Shown here in pieces: positions 37,017-46,317 of a stretch of DNA of 64,000 nt. The stretch comes from Acidimicrobiia bacterium. Lineage in GTDB: Bacteria; Actinomycetota; Acidimicrobiia; Spongiisociales; UBA5794. Location of the stretch: contig JASJAS010000007.1 in assembly GCA_030066875.1 (NCBI GenBank), forward strand, positions 10,744 through 74,743, read 5' to 3'. Under the pieces are notes generated by a model, which was not told the DNA's origin, ran no database searches, and saw only the letters and a program-made list of their open reading frames with translations. Every line of letters starts with the position of its first letter. Position 1 is the first letter of the stretch. The position numbers were made by a program, and so were the translations under genes.

Positions 37017-38724
37017 CTGCGGACTCCGTCACGCCGAGCAACTCATCGGGGAGCGGGAACCAGCGCAGGTGCTCGAAGTCCTCGGTAACCAGTGGTGCGC
37101 CCAACGGCTCGGGTGGTTCGCTCGTTCCGATGTCCTCGAGGATCCGGCGTGCTTCGTCGATGTATCCGACGAGGTCGTCATCCGAGTGCAGGTGGGGGCG
37201 GTGGCGGAACTCCATGACACCGCTCGAGTAGTCGATGTCGTGCAGGCTCAGCGGCGGCTCCGACAGGGGCTGCCGGTGAATCCACAGTGCGGTTTCCGGA
37301 TCGAATCGGTAGTAGGGCAGAAGTCGCCAGCCCTCGTCGGCTACGAGGTGCACGGCATCGAGGATGAAGTCGACGACCTGGTCCGAGATGAAGTAGTTGA
37401 AATTGACCCTGATCCAACCCGGTTTGATGCCTTCGCACCCGCGAGTGATCTCGCGCTCGAATTCGTGCGAGCGTTCCAGGTCAATGCCGAGCAGGCGGTG
37501 CCCATAGGGTCCCGCACAAGAACAGCCGCCCCGCGACTGGATACCAAACAGGTCGTTGAGGACCGCTACGACGAAATTGTGATGCAGGTACCGCGATCCG
37601 TAGCGAACCACGAAAGACACGATCGAAAGCCGGTCCGCGTCGTGATTGCCCAGGATCTCGATATTGGGATTGGCCGACCATGACGCGATCGCCTTGGTTG
37701 TCATCTCTTCCTCGCGCTGTTTGATGGCCTCAGCGCCGACGGCTTCCTTCAGTTGGAATACCAGACCCGCTCGAATCGACTCGATGATGGCGGGAGTACC
37801 TCCCTCCTCCCGATGCTCGATGTCTTCCAGGTAGCGGTGGTCGACCGGATTGACGTACGCAACCGTGCCGCCGCCAGGAACCGCGGGCACGCGATTGGCG
37901 AACAAATCCTTACGTGCAACCAGCACACCGGGTGTTCCTGGTCCTCCGATGAACTTGTGCGGTGATAGGTAAACGGCGTCCTTGTAGGCGAGATGACCGT
38001 CAGGTCCCGTCGAGGGCGGGGTCATCGATATGTCGACGTACGGTGCCGCGGCGGCGAAATCCCAGAAGGAAAGGGCGCCGTGCTTGTGGAGCAGTATCGA
38101 GATGGACTCCACGTCGGAGATGATGCCGGTGACATTCGAGGCGGCAGAGAACGACCCGATCTTCAGTTCACGGTCGGCATGTTCAACCAGTTGCTCTTCG
38201 AGTTGGCGGAGATCGATGTGGCCGTCGGCATCCTCATCGATGGTCACCACGTCGGCTATCGATTCCCGCCAGGGCAGCTCGTTGGAGTGGTGCTCGTAGG
38301 GCCCGATGAAGACGACCGGACGCTCCCCGGGTGGGATGCGAGACGAGAGCCCGTATTGATCGTCGAGATTGCAGGGGATCCGAATCCCGAGGACACCGAT
38401 CAGCCGGTCGATCGCACCGGTCATACCGGAACCACAGAAGAGGACGGCGTGCTCGTCTGTGGCACCGACGCAGCTGCGAATCAGGTTGCGGGCTTCTTCC
38501 CGAAAGCGCGTTGTTTGCAGCCCGGTGCCCGAGGATTCCGTGTGGGTGTTGGCATACAGCGGCATCACCGCTTCGCGGATGTAGTCCTCGATGAATGCCA
38601 AGGATCGCCCAGAAGCCGTGTAGTCGGCATAGGTGACCTTGCGCGGCCCGAAGGGACCATCGACAACTTCATCGCGTCCGATGACCGCCGTGCGGATGGT
38701 CTCGATCAATTGGTCGGGATTCAT
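37009..38724 (-). CDS. aminotransferase class V-fold PLP-dependent enzyme (long, 571-aa form)
   Basis: ANTHTESSGTG and SPHKFIGGPGTPGVLV (PLP Lys), with a C-terminal extension of unknown function. Confidence 0.8.
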   Translation of the reverse strand: MNPDQLIETIRTAVIGRDEVVDGPFGPRKVTYADYTASGRSLAFIEDYIREAVMPLYANTHTESSGTGLQTTRFREEARNLIRSCVGATDEHAVLFCGSGMTGAIDRLIGVLGIRIPCNLDDQYGLSSRIPPGERPVVFIGPYEHHSNELPWRESIADVVTIDEDADGHIDLRQLEEQLVEHADRELKIGSFSAASNVTGIISDVESISILLHKHGALSFWDFAAAAPYVDISMTPPSTGPDGHLAYKDAVYLSPHKFIGGPGTPGVLVARKDLFANRVPAVPGGGTVAYVNPVDHRYLEDIEHREEGGTPAIIESIRAGLVFQLKEAVGAEAIKQREEEMTTKAIASWSANPNIEILGNHDADRLSIVSFVVRYGSRYLHHNFVVAVLNDLFGIQSRGGCSCAGPYGHRLLGIDLERSHEFEREITRGCEGIKPGWIRVNFNYFISDQVVDFILDAVHLVADEGWRLLPYYRFDPETALWIHRQPLSEPPLSLHDIDYSSGVMEFRHRPHLHSDDDLVGYIDEARRILEDIGTSEPPEPLGAPLVTEDFEHLRWFPLPDELLGVTESAGD

Positions 38725-39001
38725 GCGCTGAATCTAGCTGAGCCCGCGCGCCATACGAGTGGGTGAGCTCGGCTCATACTGAGTGGGCGTGGCTGTAGCC
38801 TGTCGTAATCAGCTCCGAACAGCAGAATCGCTCGGCAGTCGCTCTCGGAAGTGCGATCGCCATCGGAGCCGGTGTTGGGACCGCGCTCTTCGCCGGCTCG
38901 GACAACCCGGTTTGGATTGGAGTAGGTGCCGGCCTCGGCGTTCTGCTGTGGACCACCTGGCAGGGTCGGCGACCCCGTAGCTGAGTGCCCTAGGCGATGA
39001 T

Positions 39002-39769
39002 CTAGGCAGGCCGGCAGACCTTGCACGGCCGAAACCCGCCCTCACCGGCAAGCTGCGGAGAGCGGAACTCGACCCGATGCTGTTCCGTGATCCGGCGGGC
39101 GTTCCGGCACGTCGGATAGCAGAAGATCCCCGTGGTGTCGCTGCCCATGTAGCGAAGCGAACCCATTTCGAATAGCGCAGGGTCCATTCCCTCGTGACTG
39201 AGCAGATCCATCTTCATCTGCGGCCCGAACGCATAGTTGCCCACCGCACCGTCGCTCCGTACAACACGGTGGCACGGAACCACAATCGGTACCGGGTTGC
39301 GTGCCAGCGCCGATCCCACCGCACGCACTGCTCCAACGTTGCCGATCTCTCTGGCAACCCACCCGTAGGGTCGCACCTCGCCCGGCGGGATGGCGGCGGT
39401 GATGTCGAGTACGTGGACCTGGAAGTCGGTTAGCTGCCGCAGATCGACGGGGAGCTTCCCGAGACGGCCGGTTTCCAGGGCGCGTTGTGTGGCAGTAGCC
39501 AGCCTTGCCGGCATCTCGACCGCCGGATAGACAGGACGACCTACGTTGCGTGCGTGGATCCGGCGGAACTCCGACTCATCCTCCGTGGGTACCACAGAGG
39601 AGATTCCGTTGGGGTTGAAGGCGATGTGGAGCAGCCCGATGGGCCCGGCGGTCGTAACGTATTCGTCGGCGAGCGCGGTTCGTACCAGTACCCGCGGTGC
39701 AATGGTCTCCGGGGACGCCTCCTGGGTCGCCAGCATCTCAGCAATCTGGGATTCGGTTGGATCGTTCAT
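39002..39769 (-). CDS. ogt: methylated-DNA--protein-cysteine methyltransferase (Ogt/MGMT) with a C-terminal Ada-type Zn-Cys4 domain
   Basis: Active site IVVPCHRVV. The C-terminus TTGIFCYPTCRNARR...GGFRPCKVCRP parallels E. coli Ada TTGIFCRPSCRAR...AGFRPCKRCQP. No HTH is visible. Confidence 0.85.
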   Translation of the reverse strand: MNDPTESQIAEMLATQEASPETIAPRVLVRTALADEYVTTAGPIGLLHIAFNPNGISSVVPTEDESEFRRIHARNVGRPVYPAVEMPARLATATQRALETGRLGKLPVDLRQLTDFQVHVLDITAAIPPGEVRPYGWVAREIGNVGAVRAVGSALARNPVPIVVPCHRVVRSDGAVGNYAFGPQMKMDLLSHEGMDPALFEMGSLRYMGSDTTGIFCYPTCRNARRITEQHRVEFRSPQLAGEGGFRPCKVCRPA

Positions 39770-40326
39770 GTCGTTTCCTCCGTAGCAAGCATGGTGCGGA
39801 GTCGGGTCAAACCACGACTCACGTCTGACTTCACGGTCCCGGCGGGTCGATCGAGGACCTCACCGACCTCGGCGTAGCTCAAGCCGATGACGTGACGCAA
39901 GACAATCGCATCACGTTGTGGCGTCGGTAGCCGGGCAAGCCGGTCTCGCCATTCGTCGATCGCGACGGCGGTGACGGCGTCGCTCTCAACCGAGCCGGGC
40001 CCGGCGGGATCGTGGTATCCATCGAGCGGCACCTGACTCGGCCGCCGACCCCGGGTTCTGGCGTGGTTGCGACACAAGTTGATAGTGATGGTGAACAGCC
40101 ACGGCTTCAGCCGAAGCTCGGCAATACGCTCGGGTCGATAGTCCGCCAGGGCTCGATAGGCGCGGACGAAGACCTCTTGCGTCACGTCTTCCGCATCCTG
40201 CTGTGAAGGCAGCCAGCGGCGCGCCCCATTGAACACCAGCCCTTGCATCTCTTCGAGCATCGTCGGAAACGCTTCATCCAGGTCGGCCGCCAGCCGCTTC
40301 TTCAGGACACCTTCAGTGGGGCTCAT
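39766..40326 (-). CDS. ECF-type RNA polymerase sigma-70 factor
   Basis: Region 2 (DAEDVTQEVFVRAYRAL, WLFTITINLCRNH) and region 4 (QRDAIVLRHVIGLSYAEVGEVLDRPAGTVKSDVSRG). ATGA overlap with the ogt-like gene. Confidence 0.85.
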   Translation of the reverse strand: MSPTEGVLKKRLAADLDEAFPTMLEEMQGLVFNGARRWLPSQQDAEDVTQEVFVRAYRALADYRPERIAELRLKPWLFTITINLCRNHARTRGRRPSQVPLDGYHDPAGPGSVESDAVTAVAIDEWRDRLARLPTPQRDAIVLRHVIGLSYAEVGEVLDRPAGTVKSDVSRGLTRLRTMLATEETT

Positions 40327-40355
40327 CTACCTCTCCGCTTGTCTCTAGAGGGAAC

Positions 40356-40381
40356 AACCCCAATCGAGCGAGCGCGGTTGC
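40356..40381 (-). promoter_or_regulatory. candidate ECF-type promoter (GCAACC-N17-GTT) upstream of the sigma gene
   Basis: The minus strand reads GCAACC at 40381-40376, a 17-nt spacer, then GTTGTT from 40358. This lies about 30 nt before the ATG at 40326. It resembles the GGAAC-N16/17-GTT pattern only loosely. Confidence 0.25.
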
Positions 40382-40388
40382 ATTGGAT

Positions 40389-42059
40389 TCAGCTTGCCAG
40401 TTCGCGACGCAGCAGGTCGAGCCCCACCGGACCCACCTCGAGCAGGCGGGCGTGGAACGCTTTCTGATCGAATCCGGCGCCCACACGTTGCATCGCCTCA
40501 TTCCGTAGGTCGAGGATTGCCCGCTCCCCGACCTTGTAGGCGATCGCCTGCCCCGGCCAACCGAGATACCTCGTAACCTCCGATTCGGCATTCGGCTGAC
40601 CGAGTGTGGCGTAGCGCATGAGCATGTCAACGGCGGTATCGAAGGTCCAGGGCTCCCCGGGATGGAAGGGCTGCCCTTCCGGAATCGGCAGTTCTAGATG
40701 CGACCCGATGTCGATGACAACGCGGCACGCGCGCAACATCTGGCCCGAGAGCCAGCCAAAGACGTAGTCGGGCTTCTCGAAGAACCCGAGCTCGTTCATC
40801 AATCGTTCGGCGTAGAGCGCCCAACCTTCTCCGGAGCCGGGCTTCCACACCCAGAATCGGTGTAGCCGCGAAAGCTTCTCAGCGAGGGAGATCTGGACAC
40901 CGACCTGGAGATGATGGCCAGGAAAGCCTTCGTGATATGCGGTGCTGACTTCGTCGAACACCGGGTAGGGACCGGCGGGAGTCAACGACCACCAGACACT
41001 GCCGGGACGGGCGAAATCTTCAGATGGGTTCACGTAGTAGGCCCCGAGGGACGAACCCGGCGGAGCGATGTTGACCGTGACGGTACGGATCTCCTCTGGG
41101 ACGTCGAAGTGCGATCCGGAAAGCCGCTCGAGCGCATCCTCTAGTCGATCGCCGATGAACGCCTTCAGCGCGTCGGCGTCCGGGACTGTCCGAGCAGGAT
41201 CGGTACGCAGCACCTCGTGCGCCGCGGCGACATCGGCACCGGGTGCCACTTGCGCCGCGACTTGCTCCATCTGCCTCCTGATCGACGCGATCTGGTCCCA
41301 GCCCCATTCGTAGGTCTCGATCGGATCGATCTCTGTGCCCAGGAATCGGTAGGCAGCTCTCACATAGCGCTCGGGACCCACGCCGTCTCGCTCGGCGGAG
41401 TCAGCGGCGTAGGTGTAGGCCAGGTAGTTACCAAACTCGGCAAAGGCACGCCTCGCCTCTGTTACCGCGTCCTCAAGGCGCGCCAGCAGGCGGTCCTCCC
41501 CGTTGGCCCGTTGGTAGTCACCGAGAAGTGCCGTCAACCGGGACGTCCCGGATTCACTGACCCGACACTGCTCCACGGCAGCGCGCACCTGGCGTTCGGC
41601 CACCGCCATCCCTCTTCTTCGGCCCTCGTCCAGGCTGGCGCGATAACCATCGAGCGCCGCAGGAAGACGTTCCAGCCGATATACGATCTGGGTCCAATCT
41701 CGCTCCGTTTCTTTGGCCATGTGATCCCAGATCTCGCGAATACTCTGCAGGCTGGACGACATCGAGTTGAGGTCGCGCAGATGATCTCCGTGCCCGAAGT
41801 AGTCGATCTCCTCGTTGAGGGTCGTTTTGGCGAGGTTGATTGCCAGCCGATCCCAGTCGTCTTTCGGTCGGTCGACCTGTTCGACGCGGGTCCGTAGCCA
41901 GCCGATCCTGGCAACTGCTTCGGCCGCACCGTCGGGGCTGAGATCCGGCCAGCTGTCGTCGTGGCCCGCCAGTCCGAGTTCCGTAGCGATGTCGGGGAAG
42001 AGCCCGGCGAGCTCGTCGACTATCTCGCTGCTGAGCGCATAGATGGGGTGTTTTTCCAC
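40389..42059 (-). CDS. DUF885 family protein (metallopeptidase-like)
   Basis: AYHEGFPGHHLQ motif, with length and layout typical of DUF885. Confidence 0.8.
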   Translation of the reverse strand: MEKHPIYALSSEIVDELAGLFPDIATELGLAGHDDSWPDLSPDGAAEAVARIGWLRTRVEQVDRPKDDWDRLAINLAKTTLNEEIDYFGHGDHLRDLNSMSSSLQSIREIWDHMAKETERDWTQIVYRLERLPAALDGYRASLDEGRRRGMAVAERQVRAAVEQCRVSESGTSRLTALLGDYQRANGEDRLLARLEDAVTEARRAFAEFGNYLAYTYAADSAERDGVGPERYVRAAYRFLGTEIDPIETYEWGWDQIASIRRQMEQVAAQVAPGADVAAAHEVLRTDPARTVPDADALKAFIGDRLEDALERLSGSHFDVPEEIRTVTVNIAPPGSSLGAYYVNPSEDFARPGSVWWSLTPAGPYPVFDEVSTAYHEGFPGHHLQVGVQISLAEKLSRLHRFWVWKPGSGEGWALYAERLMNELGFFEKPDYVFGWLSGQMLRACRVVIDIGSHLELPIPEGQPFHPGEPWTFDTAVDMLMRYATLGQPNAESEVTRYLGWPGQAIAYKVGERAILDLRNEAMQRVGAGFDQKAFHARLLEVGPVGLDLLRRELAS

Positions 42060-42111
42060 GCGGCCAGGGTAACGGCCTCTGGCGCGGGCGCCGCGCGCCG
42101 TTCGTTCGAGC

Positions 42112-43041
42112 CTACGCAGGCGGCGACCCGCCCAGCATCAGCTCTTCGATGTGTTCTCGCGCCTCCCTGTCGTCGGGAACCTCCAGAAGCGCCTGTTGAA
42201 AGTCATCCGCAGCAAGGGCATGCTCACCGCGGTTCTGGTGGATCACGCCTCTGCCGACGAGCGCTATCGCTTTGACCGACGCGGCTCGATTGGGGTATTC
42301 GAGTACCCGGGCCAGCACCGCGATCGCCTCTTCGAAGCGGCCCAGTTCCTCGAGAGCGCGCCCCCTGTAGGCCAGCATCAGAGCGGTGATGTCGTCATCG
42401 TTGTATACACCCTCGGTGGCTTCGAGAACATGTTCAAACCGACCGCTTTCGTAGAACAGCTCGGTGAGTGAAAGCTTGACGTGGGATGTTTGCTCGGCAG
42501 AGGTGAGCAGATCGATCGCGGCGTCATGGTCGCTGCGTGCCTGATAGAGCTCGGCGAGAAGCAGGATCAGCGAGTTTCGTTGCAGCGGTAGGTGCACCAC
42601 TACTCCGGCGGCGATGACGACGGTAAGACCGGCCTCGGGGAGGTATTCCCGCACAAAGTGGTGACCCCCGATGTCTTCATCACTTGCAACTGCTTCCCCA
42701 AGGAGAGAGATGCCTCGATCTAGAGATGACTCGAGGAGCAACAGACCGGCCAGAGCATTGCCGAGGTTGCGGTACTTTGGATACTCGCCGGCGGAGGACA
42801 ATATCTGTTCCGGGTCGCCCGTGGCGACGGCGCGATGAAACGCCTTCTCTGCCTTCGGGGCCATCATCCCGGGTTTCTGGGAAGCCACGAGTTCCGGGTA
42901 TCGATCGGGCTCCTCGAAGTCCCAACTCAGATCGCGAAACAGGGGGCCTTCGCGGCGCTCTCCGGCCCGCCACTCCAAGGTGCTGTCATCGGCGTAGACC
43001 CGGTAGCGCCGCACCGGCCCTCCACCAAAACTGAAGGTCAT
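42112..43041 (-). CDS. tetratricopeptide-repeat protein
   Basis: ATG at 43041 follows GGAGGA. The C-terminal half has TPR-like helical repeats (ALMLAYRGRALEELGRFEEAIAVLARVLE). Confidence 0.6.
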   Translation of the reverse strand: MTFSFGGGPVRRYRVYADDSTLEWRAGERREGPLFRDLSWDFEEPDRYPELVASQKPGMMAPKAEKAFHRAVATGDPEQILSSAGEYPKYRNLGNALAGLLLLESSLDRGISLLGEAVASDEDIGGHHFVREYLPEAGLTVVIAAGVVVHLPLQRNSLILLLAELYQARSDHDAAIDLLTSAEQTSHVKLSLTELFYESGRFEHVLEATEGVYNDDDITALMLAYRGRALEELGRFEEAIAVLARVLEYPNRAASVKAIALVGRGVIHQNRGEHALAADDFQQALLEVPDDREAREHIEELMLGGSPPA

Positions 43042-43150
43042 CGCATCCTCCGAGCCGGGCACCACACCCGACGAACCCGGCTCCCAACATTATCCGACGC
43101 AGACCGTATTGCGAGTAGCATCGGCGGACTCAGCGATTCAAGGAGGTCAG

Positions 43151-44173
43151 TTGGGCAACGGCACCACCCCGTATGACTTCTTGCGTGGCCTGCCAAAAGC
43201 AGAACTGCATGTGCACATCGAAGGAACGCTCGAACCGGAGTTGATGTTCGAGATCGCCGAACGCAACGAGCTGGCGATTCCGCACCGCAATGTTGCCGAG
43301 CTGCGAGCCGCCTACGAGTTCGCCAATCTGCAGGAGTTCCTGGATATCTACTACGAAGGTGCCGCGGTCCTGCAGACAGAACGCGATTTCTACGATATGA
43401 CCCTCGACTATCTGCAGCGGGCCGCCGGAGACGGGGTGCGTCGCGCCGAGATGTTCTTCGATCCGCAAACTCACACAGAGCGTGACATCCCCTTTGCCGT
43501 CTTCATGGAGGGGATGCACGCCGCCACCATCACCGGTGCCAGAGAGTTCGGCATTTCCAGCGGACTCATCTTGTGCTTTCTCCGGCACCTACCGCCTGAA
43601 TCCGCCATGGCGACCTTCGAAGCCAGTTTGCCCTACCGAGACATGATCATCGGCGTTGGTTTGGACTCATCGGAGGTCGGCTTCCCGCCCACCCTCTTCA
43701 CCGACGTGTACGCCCGGGCCGCGTCTGAGGGCCTGCATCGTGTAGCTCACGCCGGCGAAGAAGGCCCGCCCCAGTACGTGTGGGGAGCCCTCGACGCACT
43801 CGGAGCCGAGCGCATTGATCACGGGGTGCGCTCGCTGGAAGATCCGTCCCTGGTGGCACGGCTGGCAGAGGAGCAGGTGCCGCTCACGGTCTGCCCGTTC
43901 TCGAATGTTCGGCTCGGCGGTGTCGCCCGCCTCGAAGATCACGTCCTCCCGCGGATGCTCGATGCTGCCCTCAACGTGTCGATCAACTCTGACGACCCTG
44001 CATACTTTGGCGGATACGTCGGCGACAACTACATCGACACACAGAAGGCGCTGAGCCTGTCGGACGAAGCCATGGTCACCATCGCGAGGAATTCGATAGA
44101 GGCGACCTTCCTCGACAAGGCCGACAAGCAGGTATTGCTGGCAGAACTGGACGACTACATAGCCGCCGGATGA
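43151..44173 (+). CDS. add: adenosine/adenine deaminase family protein
   Basis: TTG at 43151 sits 4 nt after AAGGAGG. LPKAELHVHIEGTLEPEL, HAGE and SINSDDPAYFG. Confidence 0.85.
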   Translation: MGNGTTPYDFLRGLPKAELHVHIEGTLEPELMFEIAERNELAIPHRNVAELRAAYEFANLQEFLDIYYEGAAVLQTERDFYDMTLDYLQRAAGDGVRRAEMFFDPQTHTERDIPFAVFMEGMHAATITGAREFGISSGLILCFLRHLPPESAMATFEASLPYRDMIIGVGLDSSEVGFPPTLFTDVYARAASEGLHRVAHAGEEGPPQYVWGALDALGAERIDHGVRSLEDPSLVARLAEEQVPLTVCPFSNVRLGGVARLEDHVLPRMLDAALNVSINSDDPAYFGGYVGDNYIDTQKALSLSDEAMVTIARNSIEATFLDKADKQVLLAELDDYIAAG

Positions 44174-44185
44174 GTCTGGTCCAGT

Positions 44186-44941
44186 TCAGGAAAAGATCGT
44201 CTTCGGCCGATCCTCCAGCTCACCGTCGACATAGATGTCGACCTTCTCGTTGTAGAACGAGACCAGGCCTGCGATCCGCGAGCTTTCTTCCGCGGGAAAT
44301 GGGTACCACCAGACGACGTTCTCGTGGCGGTTGCCTGCAACGACGACGTCGTAATAGCTGGCGACGCCCTTGTACGGGCATTCGGTGTTGAGGCCCGTCG
44401 GCTGCAGCAAGTCCATCCGGACGTCTGTCTTGGGCAAGTAGTAGCGCGTCGGGAGTCCCGTCTCAAAGAGGAATCGTGCCGAGCGACTGTCAGCCACCTT
44501 GGTGCCGTCTATCACGACCTCGATGTGGCGCGAACTGGGGAGGATATCGACGCGGGTGTAGGGATCCCTGGCATGTACATACACCTCTTCGTCCTCTTCG
44601 AACCACGAGTCCATGGCGCCCCAAGTGAACGCTACGTGGGCGCGCAGTTCCTCGACCGGTGATTCGAGATGCCGATATGCCGCTCCTTCGGCCTTCGCCG
44701 CGGCAGTGGCCACCGTATAGAGCGTTGCCGCGCCGCGGCTCGGGGATCGCTTGGTCTCCCCGGTTTCGGTGAGTAGTTCGAGGCGAACATCCTCGGCGGG
44801 GAAGTAGTAGACGGGGTAGTACGGCTTCTCCCAAACAAGCAGCGGCCGCGTGGTATCGGCCACCAGTTCGCCCCCTAGATAGGTGCGAACCCGCTTGTTG
44901 GCGTTCTCGACGCGCACGCGGCGCCGCTGTCTGTCACTCAT
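44186..44941 (-). CDS. tandem DUF427 domain protein
   Basis: Two DUF427-like halves (VRVENANKRVRTYLGGELVADT... and IEVVIDGTKVADS...ECPYKGVASYYDV). Confidence 0.65.
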   Translation of the reverse strand: MSDRQRRRVRVENANKRVRTYLGGELVADTTRPLLVWEKPYYPVYYFPAEDVRLELLTETGETKRSPSRGAATLYTVATAAAKAEGAAYRHLESPVEELRAHVAFTWGAMDSWFEEDEEVYVHARDPYTRVDILPSSRHIEVVIDGTKVADSRSARFLFETGLPTRYYLPKTDVRMDLLQPTGLNTECPYKGVASYYDVVVAGNRHENVVWWYPFPAEESSRIAGLVSFYNEKVDIYVDGELEDRPKTIFS

Positions 44942-45120
44942 CTGCTTCCTCGTTGTGGTCCTGCCGATTGGAACCTGATTCGACCGGTTTGCGTTCGCAA
45001 TTGTCCACTTGGCGACATTCTGGGTGCCGGTGAGCTTCCCGAGGAACCTCACTTGGTCCACAACGGCCAAAGGTGTCAAGATGTTGCTGCCATGGACCTC
45101 GATCGTTTGGGAGCGCAGCT

Positions 45121-46317
45121 GTGAAGGTACTAATCGCTGACAAGTTCTCGGAGACCCATCTCCAACAGTTGACCGACCTAGGTCACGAGGTGAGTTTTCA
45201 GCCCACCCTGGCGGACGAGACCCTGCGGTCGGCGGTTCCCGGATTCGATGTCCTCGTCGTACGCTCCACCAGAGTCGATGCGGCCACCATCGATGCGGCC
45301 ACCAGCCTCTCCCTGATCATCCGGGCGGGCGCCGGGGTCAACACCATCGACGTCGACAGGGCGGCCGAACAGGCCGTGTTTGTGTGCAATACACCGGGCA
45401 AGAATGCGGTCGCCGTCGCAGAACTCGTTATGGGACTCATTCTGTCAATCGACCGCAACATTCCCGATCAGGTCGCCGACATTCGGGCCGGAACGTGGAA
45501 CAAGACCCAATACTCGAAGACCAATGGACTGGCCGGTCGTTCGCTCGGAATCGTCGGCCTCGGCTCGATAGGGCTCGAGGTCGCCAGGCGTGCCCGGTCC
45601 TTCGAGATGGAAGTCTCGGGAACTGACGCGGACCCGGGTCGGCAGGTATACGCCGAGGCTGCAGGGGTCGGTTGGGTACCGGATCTCATGGACTTGGTCG
45701 CCGCCAGCGACGTGGTCACATTCCACGTGCCGGCCATCCCCCAGACCGAGAACCTCGTGTCTGCCGAGTTGCTGGCAGCCATGAAGCCGGGCGCAATGAT
45801 CATCAACTCGTCACGGGGCAACATCGTCGATGAGGACGCTCTGTTGAAAGCGATGGACGAGAAGGGTATCCGCGCCGGAGTGGACGTCTACAAAGGTGAA
45901 CCCGGCTCTGGTGTCGGTTCGTTCGAGTCGCCACTCGCCCAGCATCCCAATGTGTATGGAACTCATCACATCGGAGCATCCACCGAACAAGCGCAGGGTG
46001 CGATAGCGGATGCGGTGATCGCTACCCTCGCCGCTTTCGGTGACGGTGAACTCGTCAACTGCGTCAACCTCAGCGAGCTCCTCGGCACCGAGCTCACGGT
46101 GACAGTCCGTCACGTGAACAAGGTGGGTGTGCTGGCTGGTGTGCTGGCAACCCTGCGCGGGGCCGGCCTGAATGTCGAGAACATGGAAAACTTCGTTCTG
46201 AAGGGGAGAAAAGCCTCGTCGGCGGTCATCCACGTCGTGGGTGACGTCTCCGACGGCACTCTCAACCAGATCGAGGAGCAGGACGGTGTCATAGGTGTTT
46301 CCCTGACGGCGCGATGA
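45121..46317 (+). CDS. D-isomer-specific 2-hydroxyacid dehydrogenase with C-terminal ACT domain (phosphoglycerate dehydrogenase-like)
   Basis: GTG start VKVLIADKF. GIVGLGSIGLEVARR (NAD site). C-terminal ACT-like segment VRHVNKVGVLAGVLATLRGAGLNVENM. Confidence 0.8.
   Translation: MKVLIADKFSETHLQQLTDLGHEVSFQPTLADETLRSAVPGFDVLVVRSTRVDAATIDAATSLSLIIRAGAGVNTIDVDRAAEQAVFVCNTPGKNAVAVAELVMGLILSIDRNIPDQVADIRAGTWNKTQYSKTNGLAGRSLGIVGLGSIGLEVARRARSFEMEVSGTDADPGRQVYAEAAGVGWVPDLMDLVAASDVVTFHVPAIPQTENLVSAELLAAMKPGAMIINSSRGNIVDEDALLKAMDEKGIRAGVDVYKGEPGSGVGSFESPLAQHPNVYGTHHIGASTEQAQGAIADAVIATLAAFGDGELVNCVNLSELLGTELTVTVRHVNKVGVLAGVLATLRGAGLNVENMENFVLKGRKASSAVIHVVGDVSDGTLNQIEEQDGVIGVSLTAR

Noticed and set aside
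38735-38985. 8-nt direct repeat TAGCTGAG at 38735-38742 and 38978-38985, flanking the unannotated gap. It could be a target-site duplication of a MITE.
   Set aside because: No terminal inverted repeats lie just inside the two copies, and there is no similarity to the other repeats in the window. An 8-mer recurring within 250 nt can be chance.
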